Below the pieces are notes generated by a model that had not been told where the DNA came from, did no database searches, and saw nothing but the letters and a program-made list of their open reading frames with translations. A DNA stretch of 64,000 bases from Lytechinus pictus (lineage: Eukaryota): assembly GCF_037042905.1 (NCBI RefSeq), contig NC_087247.1, positions 38,254,001 through 38,318,000 of the forward strand. Reading direction: 5' to 3'. This document shows positions 37,201-49,800 of the stretch, piece after piece (position 1 is the first letter of the stretch; every line of letters starts with the position of its first letter). The position numbers and the translations under genes are program-made.

Positions 37201-39881
37201 AACTGAATGTTGTCATCATTATATAATGCTTGGTACTTTCCATTTTATATTCTGCATTAAACGTAGCAACAAGACATGAGTAAGATCATGAGAAATTTGA
37301 GACATTTTTGAAAACTAATATCAAGATTCATGTAAAATAAAGATGTATGTTCAATATTACATTTACAATTGATTATACATGTTTCTTCTTAGTACATGGT
37401 TTGATGTGGACTTACAATAGATGTCAAATATAAAATTGATTGTATCTTTTCCTGTTGTAGGGCAAAGCTCTGAATGAAGTTAGACACTTTGGGGGTACTA
37501 TAATTCAAAGCTTCATAATTGATCATAACACATTAACAGTTGATTTGTGTGATAATGGGGCGGTTTTCATAAAGTATCAGGATATGTGGTTACATTGATT
37601 CAAAGTAAGCGCATGCAATTATTTGATTTTCTTTTGTTCTAGATGTTACTGGAAAAGATCAATGGTACAACACCCAAGCTCCTAGACTGTTCTACGCTGT
37701 GTGATGTTGATGGTGTGCCACCCCAAGAACCAGGCTCTAGGGTTGATAGTGGCATCGGTGGAAGCACTGGACTAGCTAATGTACCCAACCCCTATGACAG
37801 GAGATTCTCAACTCATTTTCATGATTTCATGGAAGTATGCCTCCGAAGAGAACCAGTGGATAGGTAGGCAAAGTTATTCTCCCTTACATTCCACATACAT
37901 GCATGAAGAATGGTGTTGTCTTGTTATGAAAAGTCAATCACATGGTAAACTTTAGTTTCTACCTATCAAATGCATCTGTGTTTTTTTTTAAATCTTTCGT
38001 TGATCACTCAAGCCTTGATCTATAGATCTAAAGTCATAATACCTGTTATCAATATCTGAGGCCTGTCTTACAAAGAGTTTGGATTGATCAATTCAATCTC
38101 AACTGTATGGAAACCCATCCAGACCATAACTTTTCTACCGTATATTTGCACAATCTCCTTACTAAACAAAGAGAATGACGTTGAATTTTCCAGAGAATTA
38201 TGAATGTATGCACATACATCATATCTAGAAAATATTTTGAACAAACATACATACAGCATTTTAGATGTTGATGTGGCTGGCCGTCCATAGTTGTGGTTGA
38301 TCAGACCAATCGCAACTCTTCGTAAGATGGGGCCCTGGAGTTAATCGTAAGTATCAGATAATTTTTTATATGGATAATATGAGACTGTTTTGGTTATTTT
38401 TTATCATCACTAATGGGCCTTTTAACACAAAGGTGGATGTAAGTCTGTGGCAATTGGACAAAGAGTTACAAGTAATTGTAAATATGAAGCATATCTCCAC
38501 ATGTTACACCGCTTGGACAAGGATAGATTCAAATTGAAAACATCATTTTCATTCTGTCTGTAGACCCAGTGCCTCTCAACTCCTGCAGCACCCATTCTTC
38601 AAGCAAGTGAGGAAGTCATCTAGTGATGTCTTGGGACCAATGCTACAAGCAGTCCATCCCCTCTCTCAGCTAAGAGAGGGCAAAGTGGATGACCAAAGTG
38701 AGTACATAGGTGTGCATGAAGCTTTTTCTTGGATATTTCTCATGTTGAAACAAACTGCTTTGATGAAGTAGTTTTGTCTCAAATTTTTGACGATTATTTA
38801 ACCTGTTTAGGATCAACTAATGCAGACCTAACTATATGCTGCGATAATGGAAGGTATTCATTTTAAAGATGATGAAGAATTTATTTATCAGTCTGTGAAT
38901 CTGTTATTTGTTCTATTTATATTTTAGATTGATTAGATAACTTTGTAGGGTATGGCTGGCTGAACTTCATAATATAATTTGTGTCATAATTTAAAGAACC
39001 CTGAAAATTCATTATGAAATTGGCAAGTTACTTGAATTGCAGGATGATTTTCCTCTCATAGGTAGCATTTTTATATGAGGGTACCAAAGAATTTTTCATT
39101 ATGGCACTTTGTAATCACAGATGTTATAGGAATTATAATTTCATTCAATTAGAAATCCTTGTATTCATGGTTCTTTATATCCATATGAGTATATTTTATA
39201 TACATAATAATTTAACAAATAATTCATACAAGCTTCGCAAAGACCCAAACTACTTGTTCATGCTTTTCTAGAATGTAGTAATAGTTTAGGAGCTAGGTGG
39301 TAACAAATAAATCATGTTGGTTTTCCATTGACTTCAGACAGAGATGTGCATTGTTGTGATCATTTTCATGTTCTGTATTTATCTCTTTAGAATTATTTAC
39401 ATGTAATGTTATAGTAACGATGTATAGATGTGAGTTTTGATTGTGAGACGATGTTATGCCTCCTTATTTTGGGCATGAACACATAGATGATGATGAATTA
39501 ATCAAACAATGGGCGACTGAAACTATGGAAGACATCATGAAGATGATTTTAACATTTTGTAGAAGATCATAAAGTAAGAATGTGATTATGATTGAATTGA
39601 TGATAATAACAATAATAATAGTGAATATGATGTTGATATGATTATGAATGGTGCTGCGGATGATGGATAAATCTATCATTATTGTCACAGTGATCATAGA
39701 GTGAAAATACATCATTATTTATGAATAATTTATTACTTGAATTATTGTAACCTGTGTTTAAACTACCATGTAATTCTAATTTTTTTATATTTGCACAGAC
39801 AACTCTGAGGTTGGGAACATTGCAGAAGCTGTGCAGAGATTTGAGACTTTAGACATGGTGGACCCTTGGGAATTTGACTGA
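31242..39881 (+). CDS. STRADA: STE20-related kinase adapter protein (STRAD pseudokinase, LKB1/MO25 partner), 375 aa, 9 coding exons
   Basis: Exons 31242-31299, 31755-31873, 32518-32626, 33206-33329, 36299-36473, 36911-37015, 37643-37863, 38564-38697, 39799-39881 (1128 nt). STRAD hallmarks: [16 protein letters not shown] (no catalytic Asp), LSGLR in place of [35 protein letters not shown]-terminal WEF(D). Probably co-orthologous to vertebrate STRADA and STRADB. Confidence 0.96.
33870..35681 (+). mobile_element. HINE-like family A, copy 2 (STRAD intron), interrupted by a piggyBac-like MITE
   Basis: Same termini and tandem units as copy 1 (GTCTCGCCTGCATAGCAGAGCGAGAC ... TGCAGGCGAGAC...TTCCACTTGTT). 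Confidence 0.85.
34504..35243. mobile_element. piggyBac-type MITE nested in HINE copy 2
   Basis: TTAA|CCCTAAACAGGCCGGG ... CCCGGCCTAATTAGGG|TTAA. It splits the host motif AACCAAGGTTAAGTTTTTG at its TTAA. Sub-terminal palindromes GGGGGGTTGAATCAACCCCCC occur at both ends. Confidence 0.88.
39540..39720. repeat. Degenerate (ATG/ATA)n microsatellite
   Basis: Triplet-periodic low-complexity tract in the last STRAD intron. Confidence 0.55.
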
Positions 39882-40675
39882 AGAATTCAACCGTTCCATC
39901 AAGATCTCTGAGAGTTTGAAAATGCCCAGTAACCTATGCAGTCCAAGATAGGTGGTGTTACTTACATAACAGAGGTTCCTCACTCATGTACATAGTGACA
40001 ACTATGTATCTGAACACTGATAGCACATGATGTGATACAAATTTCTTTGCCATTGCATGGGATTTTTAAAGCTCTTGATATAGCATTAAAGTGAGGACTG
40101 TAAAGTTGGCTTGTTCATCAAAGCACGCTTACAGATGTATGTAAGTCAGAGTTTGTGGTAGCCGTGTAGCTGCCTTACATGTAGAACAATATAAAGAGTA
40201 AAAAGTGCAATAGTTAAGAGAGTAGCTACATGAAAATTTAATCTTGAAGCTTCATTTGGCTGTGTGCATCATCTATTTTTTTCCATAAAGGTAATATCAG
40301 ATGACCACTTTACCAAAGAAAACTGTTATTGTTCAGTTATATTTGTTTTATGTCGAACTCGGTATCCACTCAGTCCATAAAAACATGAAGTTAATTGTAC
40401 ATGATGTGATACAATGGATTCATTGTATGGGATGATATGTCATGCATGTATGTATCTCTGTGACTTTAACTTGATGACGGGTCATGTATCTTTTTTTAGA
40501 GAAAGTCTTTGTCAATCAGTGTCAACTGTTACCACATCCTGATCTAGTAAGTCCTGACAAAACAAAAACCAAACATTTCTAAATGATAAATCTAGGCTGA
40601 AACTTAAGTACACTGAAAGTCAGCAACACAGATAGGCAAATGTTGGTACCTGCATTATCATTGCTTGGAAAAAGA

Positions 40676-40776
40676 TTGTCCTCTGGCAGGCGATTGGTTT
40701 GAATCTTATCCCATATGAAGAATGTGTATTTTGCCTTGCAAGGGCTAGTGTGTGTGAACACTGGAGACCAATCTAC
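40676..40776 (-). pseudogene. Inverted decayed fragment of the desaturase first coding exon
   Basis: The reverse complement aligns without gaps to 46868-46968 (79/101 nt by manual count). It translates VDWSPVFTHTSPCKAKYTFFIWDKIQTNRLPED versus [33 protein letters not shown]. Confidence 0.9.
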
Positions 40777-43700
40777 AGGTGGGAAATGCTGTATTCTACC
40801 TAAATCACTTGGGACATATTTCATGTACATCCATTCATAGTGCATACAAACACTTGAGTGATGTTTTGTGCATTTTGTTTAAATTCATTTTTTTTTACTG
40901 TTACTATAACTCAAATTAATGTTTGACCAATGAATGTGATAAGATTATCAGTTTCTATCATATATATCTTATGGTAGGTCAAGCTTTAATGGCAGGCATA
41001 GTTATCTGGCAAAATAAAGAACTATATGTTTTACACATTTGTAAATGTGTGCAATCCTTTATGAAAAGTGTTAATTCTTTGTTTACTTTGGACTTTGGAC
41101 ATTCATGTTTCAAAATGAATATCAGTAATGGAAAAGAAGTTATTTAACTTGTTATTTTGTCAAATGTTCCATTTACATTAATCTTATCCAGGAAAGCTGC
41201 GCAATTATTATTATTATTTTTTTTTGGGGGGGGGGAGTCACTAAGACAGGTCTCTGTAGATGAAATTTGTGTGCTTCAAATTTTACCACTTTTATAAACA
41301 TAATTTGAAAGTTTATACATGACGGGTGAGCTAGCATGCTAGTTAGTATGTATCAGATCTAAAATGTTAGTATTATATTGATATATTGATTTATTTATAG
41401 CTTGGAGAAAACCTGTTTATATCATTAACCTTCATTAGATACGTTATCCAAGAAAGAGGTTTTTTTTAAATTACAATTTTATAATCAAGAATATTTAAAA
41501 TTTGATATATTATGTTAAATGGATGTTTTATTCTATAACATGAAAAAACATTTTATTGCTTGGAGTAATTTTGAGGGATCATCATACCATGTATAGTGAG
41601 ATATGATATAGTTCCTTTTAAAGCATAAATTAACTTTGTCAACAGTAGCGGGGAAAAATTGCTTCTGACGATTGAGAGGTATACTGCATCTCTTCCTAGT
41701 TTATGATCATAAGTTAAGTGCCTTTTACTTTTTAGATGAAATGGAAGTCATTTGACTATCTAAAAGGCAAAGAATATTGCCTAAGATCACCCAGCAGACA
41801 GACCATGTTGGGTGACCCAGTACAGCAGCAGCATGCAATATATGTAGACCATTCTGTATGGTATATGGTGATATCCTTATCATAGAATCATACATATCTT
41901 GATAAATAACTGACTACCTAACTTATAAACTTCTAACCATTTTAGTCTGACCTTAAGGATTGTGAGAACAATTTTGATTATCAGTCGTTGACAAAGTTAT
42001 TGATCATCTTTGATAATGATAATAACTCTTGCTTATATAGTGCTTACTTTCTCGATCTCTAAACGCTCTGCAGTAATGCAGCAGAATTACCCTGGCTTTG
42101 GCAGAGCAGCTGCTACGCGCACTGCGTTTCAAGGAATAATTCTACCATTTCCTATCTTTAAGAAATGTAGTGCATTGTTTCAAAATCTCAAGACTTGGTC
42201 TACTTGCTTGGCTCGTACATATGAGCTGTTACTGAAGTATTTTCAACAGCCACCTGATCAATTCATTTTTATGAAACTAGCCTGCTTTTTAGTCTTGTGT
42301 GCATGTTTCATGATATGCTACCATTAATCTTTGGGGAATAATTTGACTTAAATTATTTGATATTATAATCAGGTTACCCTCAAACAGATATATATTGAAC
42401 AGCTCATTTAATCCCTCGTTGAGAAAGCTTGACTTACCCATCAGCACTAATAAGAAATGAAATACTGCTGGTACATATGGCAGAACAGTGTTCAATTATC
42501 TCAAAACATTTGTGGAGTACATGTATTGTAAATATTAAATCCTGTGAGTACAAATGATTTTGCTATGTGTACAATGCAAGGAAAAGATGTTTGATATATT
42601 TGGCGAGTTGATAAATAGACTTTGCTATGCTTAAACTGTAATGCCTTTATGTCTATTGTGTCTTTGTTTTTATTACATTAATATCAAACTGCTATATTGA
42701 CTTAAGGGCCCTGTCACATACTGCCATCTAATGATGCTTCAGTCTAACTTTTTTTTCACCAGATGGTGTTTGATGCCTGCAAATTTAGTTTTGTATGTAA
42801 TCAATAGTAAATAGGAAGTCATTGTTACGTTGATGTATAGATATGTCTGTAAACAAGCAAGAGAAGTTAAAGAGTCAAATAAATGTAGCCATTTCTTACT
42901 GGTACTCAGATTGTATGATTAGACAGCAATAAGTGACAGGGCCATTTACAAGTAAGAACCTTAAATGATAATGTCGGCAGCAATGAAGTGATAAAGCTAT
43001 GTCTTGAATTGCGAGTATTATTTCTGGGCATGTTGCATTAAGAGTTGCGTTTAAATGCAAAAAAAAAAATGAAGCGCAAGCCCCTGATATGCATATATTA
43101 TTGGGTGAAAGTTGCATTTGATTTTTTAAATTGTGTTTTATCACAACTCTTTCTGCAACGGGTCCCTGGCCAGGTTAGATATGAGGGAGTTTTGAAAAAA
43201 CAAGGATCCTTTGTAATTATTTTATGAACAAATAGTACATTTCATTTTGTACAGGCATTAGTATTACCCACTCTTGGTACCGCCAAAGCAGTCCAACAAA
43301 GTCTATTATTATCTTGTGTTAGAACAGTTCCAAAGATACCCTGCTTGATTAATCCCTACTTGTTCCCTCCCTGTTGGAAGACAGTTATCACTTGTTTATA
43401 TATTGAGGATAATCAATGCTAAATTTGATTCTGAGGTATTGTGTATTTTGGTTTTGAAACACACTATTTCACATTTTTCCTTCATTCCCATTGATAGCAA
43501 ATTTTCTTTCTTATATCATCTATTTCATATCTTTCTCTTTCATTCTCTGTCCTTTTTCCAATTTCTCACCTTTCTCTATAGTGTCTCGATCCTAAAGCTC
43601 TCAATCTCTTCCTCGTTTATTTACTACTACATCAATCTATCTATTTATTACATCCATTCTCACGATCCCCTTGTTCTATTAACCCCCTTCCCATATTTCA

Positions 43701-45991
43701 TCTCTGTTCATGAAAAAAGGGTATACTAAGGCATCATTAAAGTTTGATCCGACTGGGTTGTCTATTGTGTTACTTAAATATTTTACTTTTCATTTTCTTA
43801 CCATTAGACTGCGAAAAGAAATCACACCTTATACTAAAAACTTGACATTTAAGAAACCTTAAATTGTATGTCCTGAAACTTGCTCACACTTATAATTGAA
43901 TAGTCAATTTTTGTCGCAAAAGGTATCCATACTTGAGAATGTAAATGACAATATGCAATTTCATAAAACTTTGTTTACAACTTAAAAAAACAAACTTGTG
44001 CATATATCATAATGAGAAGACATCCCTCCAATTTCATAATCTTATTAAAATTTTCAGATTAGTTAATTTATGTTATATTTTTTGTTGTTGAAACCGTTTT
44101 GCGATGATATTTTTTTATACACTTATTAATAGAGGCTTCCACTTTTCGTGCACAGCCAAGCATTTTGTTATCCAGCTGTTGACAAAGGCATGACTTGGGA
44201 GCGAGACCCAATGTTAAGTTAACTTGTATTCTTTGACACCTTTGTCTGGGGATTTACTGATGTACACGGGGGTATTATACCTGTCGCACGTCCCCCTTGC
44301 TCATTGTATCGAATACAAACTGTCTTGTATTGTTTTTCTTTCGATGTCCACAATCAAAGAGCCGATTATTGAGCATAATTGGCCTGAACGACACTGCATT
44401 GTCCAGTTTTAAAGATGGATGAAGGGGATGAAACATAACTGGTAGAAGCGTGTACACCAATATGTCAAGGGTTGCAGCATCCATTACCCTTGCTGGTTGA
44501 TCTTGAGGCCTTAACATCCGTGGCAAGAATGAAGATACTAGATATTCGAGGGTGATCAGTTGAAAACTCTTAATATAAAGTGGAGCGCCGCTGGCGCCGT
44601 TGTAGCACTGATCTCTTCATCTGTAGACTAGTCCCAGACTATACAGATCAGTGGTATTTCGGGACTTGTTCTGAGATAATTAATGGACAGTGAGCAGGAT
44701 TGCTGGTAATTTTAAGTGTCTGGAGAGCATGAGAATGAACTGTTCAAACTCCGACAGAGATTGCAAACCGAGGGACTTGATCACCTTTGATACCCTTTTC
44801 AGGAACAGCTACCGCCGAATCGCGATCCTACAGCTAATGCTAGCCTATTTCTCATCGTCAGCGCAGTATCTGGAGCCGCTACTTTCTTGGACTTTGGTAT
44901 GTTCCCCATTATCATTTGGTTTGATTTCTAGTATTTTGTATAATATTTTTAATAAATACGGTAACATACTATGAAATCATGGTCACAGCCAGGCAATCAC
45001 ATGGACTTCGGGTTATTCTGATTTCATTATACCCCATGAAATTCAGAACGTGCGCGTTACTGAGATGTAACTTTCGAGTTCATTGCTGGATGGTAGCCTT
45101 AGCCAAGGTGGATGTTTGAAAATACCTCTTTGGAGTCTGCGGTGTTTTTTTTTGCTCTCCATCTCCCATTATTACCATGTTTGCTGCGTTAGCGCCCTCT
45201 TACCTCATCCTGAACGCGCAATTCGAAAGGAATAGTGGTCCGATCATGTTTTCATGTGCTGATGATAGATCGCTGAAAGGGGTTCAAAGTTCACATGACG
45301 TCGATGTTCCAATTTCTCATTCCCATCCCCATTGTCAAGTTCAACTCGCTCCAATGTGCCGTGCAGGTGTTCCAGTGAACGCTACAGCACAATGGTTGCT
45401 ATGCATCAAAACGACATTTGTTAGGCCAACATCACGTACTGTACCACTCAATACATGGAGCGGGAAATGAACTTGTGATTATAAAACCCATTAACAAAGT
45501 AATTGATCAATGTTGATAACGAATATTATACGCTGCAATTTTGAAAAGTATCATTCCTTATTCAAATATATCTAAATAAAAATCCATATTGACACAGTAC
45601 TCGAAACCACACTTTACAAAGGTTGTGGTCATTACGATGGTTGTCGATCAAAAGAGCCTGTTATGAATGTGTTCAATCATTAACGCCGAAAAAAGGAGGA
45701 AGTAGAGCCTGCATGTAAATATATTTCTTGAATTGCAGAGGTAAGTATGGGTATATTATGTTTTGTGATGGATGGAATACGACATTTGCAGTGCTTTTCC
45801 GTTTCAATGAAGCCGTTTCATTTACGGTTTTCCATGGATATAATCGTCACCTTGTGCCAAATGAAAATATTACACCTCTCTATCTACTATGTTTCCGGAG
45901 TCTAGATTCGAATAATTCCATACTGATCTGCTACAAGACCGCATAGTCGAAAAGTGAGCCGTAGTATATGTCCCTCTTGTACAATGTATAA

Positions 45992-46407
45992 AGGCCACCG
46001 CACACCTTACGACTGTTCGCGATCCGATTGTGGAACAAATCGCATTTTGCTAATTTTCTGAAGATGTGAATGGAACATATCATTTTATTTGAGGTTAAAA
46101 TTAATTGAAAGAATAATCTTATAACCATTTTGGAAGATTGCAAGCCTTTATTTGGAGTAAAGGCCAACTTAGTTTCTAATCGTAGCCAATCGTACGACTG
46201 CTATGACGTCATTACGACTAGATATTAAATTATCTTTTATTCTAAGAAGGATGATAGCATAGTCACATATTTGATCATAGGTATTCGTATACGATGATTT
46301 ATAACATTACACAGTAAGATATTCCAAGTCTCAATATTAGCATCAAATTCTACAACATTTTATTCTGAAATCGGGTCGCAGACCAGTCGTAAGGTGTGCG
46401 GTCGCCT
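45992..46407. mobile_element. PIF/Harbinger (Tourist-like) MITE
   Basis: TAA|AGGCCACCGCACACCTTACGACTG ... CAGTCGTAAGGTGTGCGGTCGCCT|TAA: 24-bp TIR with 1 mismatch and a 3-bp TAA TSD. Confidence 0.85.
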
Positions 46408-46828
46408 TAAGGCTAAAGCAACATAATGATATGCGTTCACTACCCAGGGGTATCATACCCATTTCTTGATAGCTTTCTCGATAGTACCATGATATAACGT
46501 AAATTGCCTCTTGAACGACAGTTCTTACTTCGATCTCTTTATTTCAAAGCGAGTATCATAAAACACACATGAACGTCATCTGGATGCTATCTTTTTCGTG
46601 ACGATCTATAAATAAGCAGAGAAATTGTTAAAATGTGCTTGTTTGAGAACCCAAAGCACAATCATGGTGTAATTGAAGTAAAAGTAATCGGCCTGTGTGA
46701 GTCCGTCGTATGCTAATTTGGATTTATTCACCAATAAATTATTGTTATACAGGCTTTAAAATATATATCCAACCATTCTCATGACCAGTACTCGCTTCAG
46801 GAGCAACGTAAGTTTTCTATTATACATC

Positions 46829-49800
46829 ATGCGTACATCAATGGTTCTGCGGTCAAAGACTGCATCGGTAGACCCATCTGATTCGTTCACACACACTGGC
46901 CCTTGCGATGCAACACCCAAATTCTTCACATGGGATGAGATTCGAACCCATGCCCTGCCAGAGGACAAGTGGTTGGTGATAGAAGGTGACGTTTATGATA
47001 TCACCGAATGGTCGAAAAGACATCCAGGCGGAAAGGCGATCATCAGTCACTACGCTGGACAAGATGCATCGGTAGGTTATATAAAGTTATAAGTTTTATC
47101 GGAAAATATCATATGTCACTGAGAAATGGTTATCATAAAGAGATATTAAAAAGTTTTTTTTGAACATCTTACACAGTCTAAATTGATCCTCGTTTGCAAT
47201 TACATATACATGTATTATATCGTGCTCTGTATAGCTATATCGCAGCTATCTACAATATCCAACATTCCAATGAGAACTACGTGAATGTGTCTATTTTTTC
47301 TTACGCGAATAACTAGTTTGAATATATGATTTATATTTTTCTTGCAGGATGCCTTTATCGCCTTCCATCGAGACCTGCAATTCGTTAGCAAGTATATGAA
47401 CATGTATCGAATAGGAAAGGTCAAGGATTATAGCGAGCACATATCTGATCTTTCTCGAGATTTCAGAGACCTTAGAAACCGGACCAAGAAAATGGTAATA
47501 TTTTATTAGCTCTATAATTGTATTTGAAAATGAATTTTGAATCATACACTGCATTTTGTCTGTTAACCTTGTTTGCTTAATGGCAATATAATTTGCTGTC
47601 TCGTTTGTCTGATGGCAAGAATAACCTATAAATGGTTCCGTCTGTAATTAATTGTCGACTGATTGTTGAACGCTTTACATTGTATAGCGTAATTCTGCAC
47701 TGTTTATCATTTTCAAAATATTGTTCAAGTCTCAAAATCACAAATTGTTTTATAGGTATAACTTTTCAATCTTTCGAAATTCACCATGAACTGTACCGAA
47801 ATACCATGAATTAATTTTTGTTCGTCTCTTTTATTCACGGGTCATAGGCCTCCTTAGTATATTTCTTTTCAAGGAATTAGTGACATTAATATTACGTTTA
47901 TACTATACATAGGGGGCCTATTTTGTTTACAAAATAAACAAAATTTAGCCCTTGCTTTCGTTCCTCTTATCAAGATACTGAGGGTTACGTAATGAGTCAA
48001 ATACTTCGAAAGGATGGCGTATGGTGCAAAATTTGTGGTAAATTAGACCATTTTGAATTGAAATTTATTTTGTATAGATTCTGACATAACTTTCAGAAAA
48101 TTAGATTTCGCCCTTTCTTTTTTTCTTATTTCCCTCATTAAAAAGAAAATCTTTCTTGATCGTGGAGTTTGGGGAGGGGGTAGGGGCAAATGTCCCAAGT
48201 CTTTCTAATCTACACCGGTAAATATTGCTACTTTGGTTGCACCCCTGATGTTACAGCGAAGTCATAATCGGTATCTTTAATCGCTTTACCACCAGGGACT
48301 TTACAAGCCAAACTATTGGTTCTATGTCTTCCAACTCTCACACATCATCGCCCTTGAGATCACAGCCTATCTCATCGTCTCATTCCTTGGTGGAACCGTT
48401 CTTTCCTGGATACTTGCAGCCTTGCTTATCGGGACCGGTCAAGTTCAAGGATCGTGGCTCAACCACGACTTCGGTCACCTGTCCGTCTTCAAGTCCACCA
48501 AAGCCAATCTCTTGGCTCAGAAGTTCGTGTTTTCTGGAATTCAGGTAGGGCATATTATTCATTGATCGAATGGAATTGGAGCGAAAGTTTTCGTCTTGGG
48601 AGTCTTTATAATTAAATTCAGCCTGCATAATGACCAACTCGATACTTTCAAGTCGCAGTCTGCAATCTCGAGTATGTATACCTATGCAATTAGGATAAGT
48701 GGACGATCCCGTCTTTGGGGTTCTACATATATATTACAATACATACTTCGGAATTGTAAAGTTGTTTATCATGGACACCTGTTACATGGTAAAATAATGT
48801 GATCTTATTTATATTTGTCAGCAGTTTGAATAACAACAGTATAATTTCGATATGAAATCTTCCCAATTTTCCATCACACTTTCTCTCTAAATTACCCCCT
48901 GCTCGTTTTCTTCTCTTTCATACTCTTTTCTTTATCTTTACATCACAAAGGGTGTCTCGGCATCATGGTGGAAGTATCGTCATTATTTGCACCATTCGAA
49001 ACCAAACGTGGTAAGAGCTGACCCCCTTTCTAAAAAAATCACAACGGGCATTGTCGGCACCATTAGTTTCATCAAATTTTGTGTAATAATATTCAGCCGA
49101 TGAAACGCTTTACACGTCAAATTTTTGTCTCACCTGCATAGCAGAGGGGGACTATATAGCCGCCGCTTTTCTGACGGCGGCGGCGGCGTTAACACCAAAT
49201 CTTAACCGAAGGTTAAGTTTTTGAAATGACAGCATAACGTAGAAAGTATATAGACCTAGTTCATGAAACTTGGACATAAGAATAATCAAGTATTACTAAA
49301 CATCCTGGCTTAGTTTCAGGACACATGACCAAGGTTAAAGGTCATTTAATGTCAATGAACTTAGACCATGTTGGGGGAATCAACAACAAAATCTTAACCC
49401 AAGGTTAAGTCTTTGAAATGTCATCATAACTTAGAAAATATGGACCTAGTTCATGAAACTTAGACATAAAGTTAATCAAGTATTACTGAACATCCTGCCT
49501 GAGTTTCAGGACACATGACCAAGGTCAAAGGTCATTTAGGGTCAATGAACTTTGGCCAAGTTGGGGGTATCTGTTGAATTACCATCATAACTTCAAAAGT
49601 TTATTAATGTGATTCATGAAACTTAAACATAAGAGTAATCAAGTATCACTGAAAATCCTGTGCGCATTTCAGGTCACATGACCAAGGTCAAAGGTCATTT
49701 AAGGTCAATGAACTTTGGCCATGTTGGGGGTATTTGTTGAATTACCATCAAAACTCTGTAAATGTATGGATTTAGTTCATAAAACTTGGAAATAAGAGTA

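Noticed and set aside
40579-40845. 88-aa ORF as a functional second desaturase or cytochrome b5 gene
   Set aside because: Similarity stops before the HPGG motif, no further exons were found, and the substitutions are mostly non-synonymous. Kept only as a pseudo-exon fragment.
44690-45740. ORFs 44690-44974 and 45177-45470, and donor-like sites near 44896 and 45740, as upstream desaturase coding exons
   Set aside because: No homology recognised, and the join I tested is out of frame with the desaturase. They may be UTR exons but cannot be supported from sequence alone.
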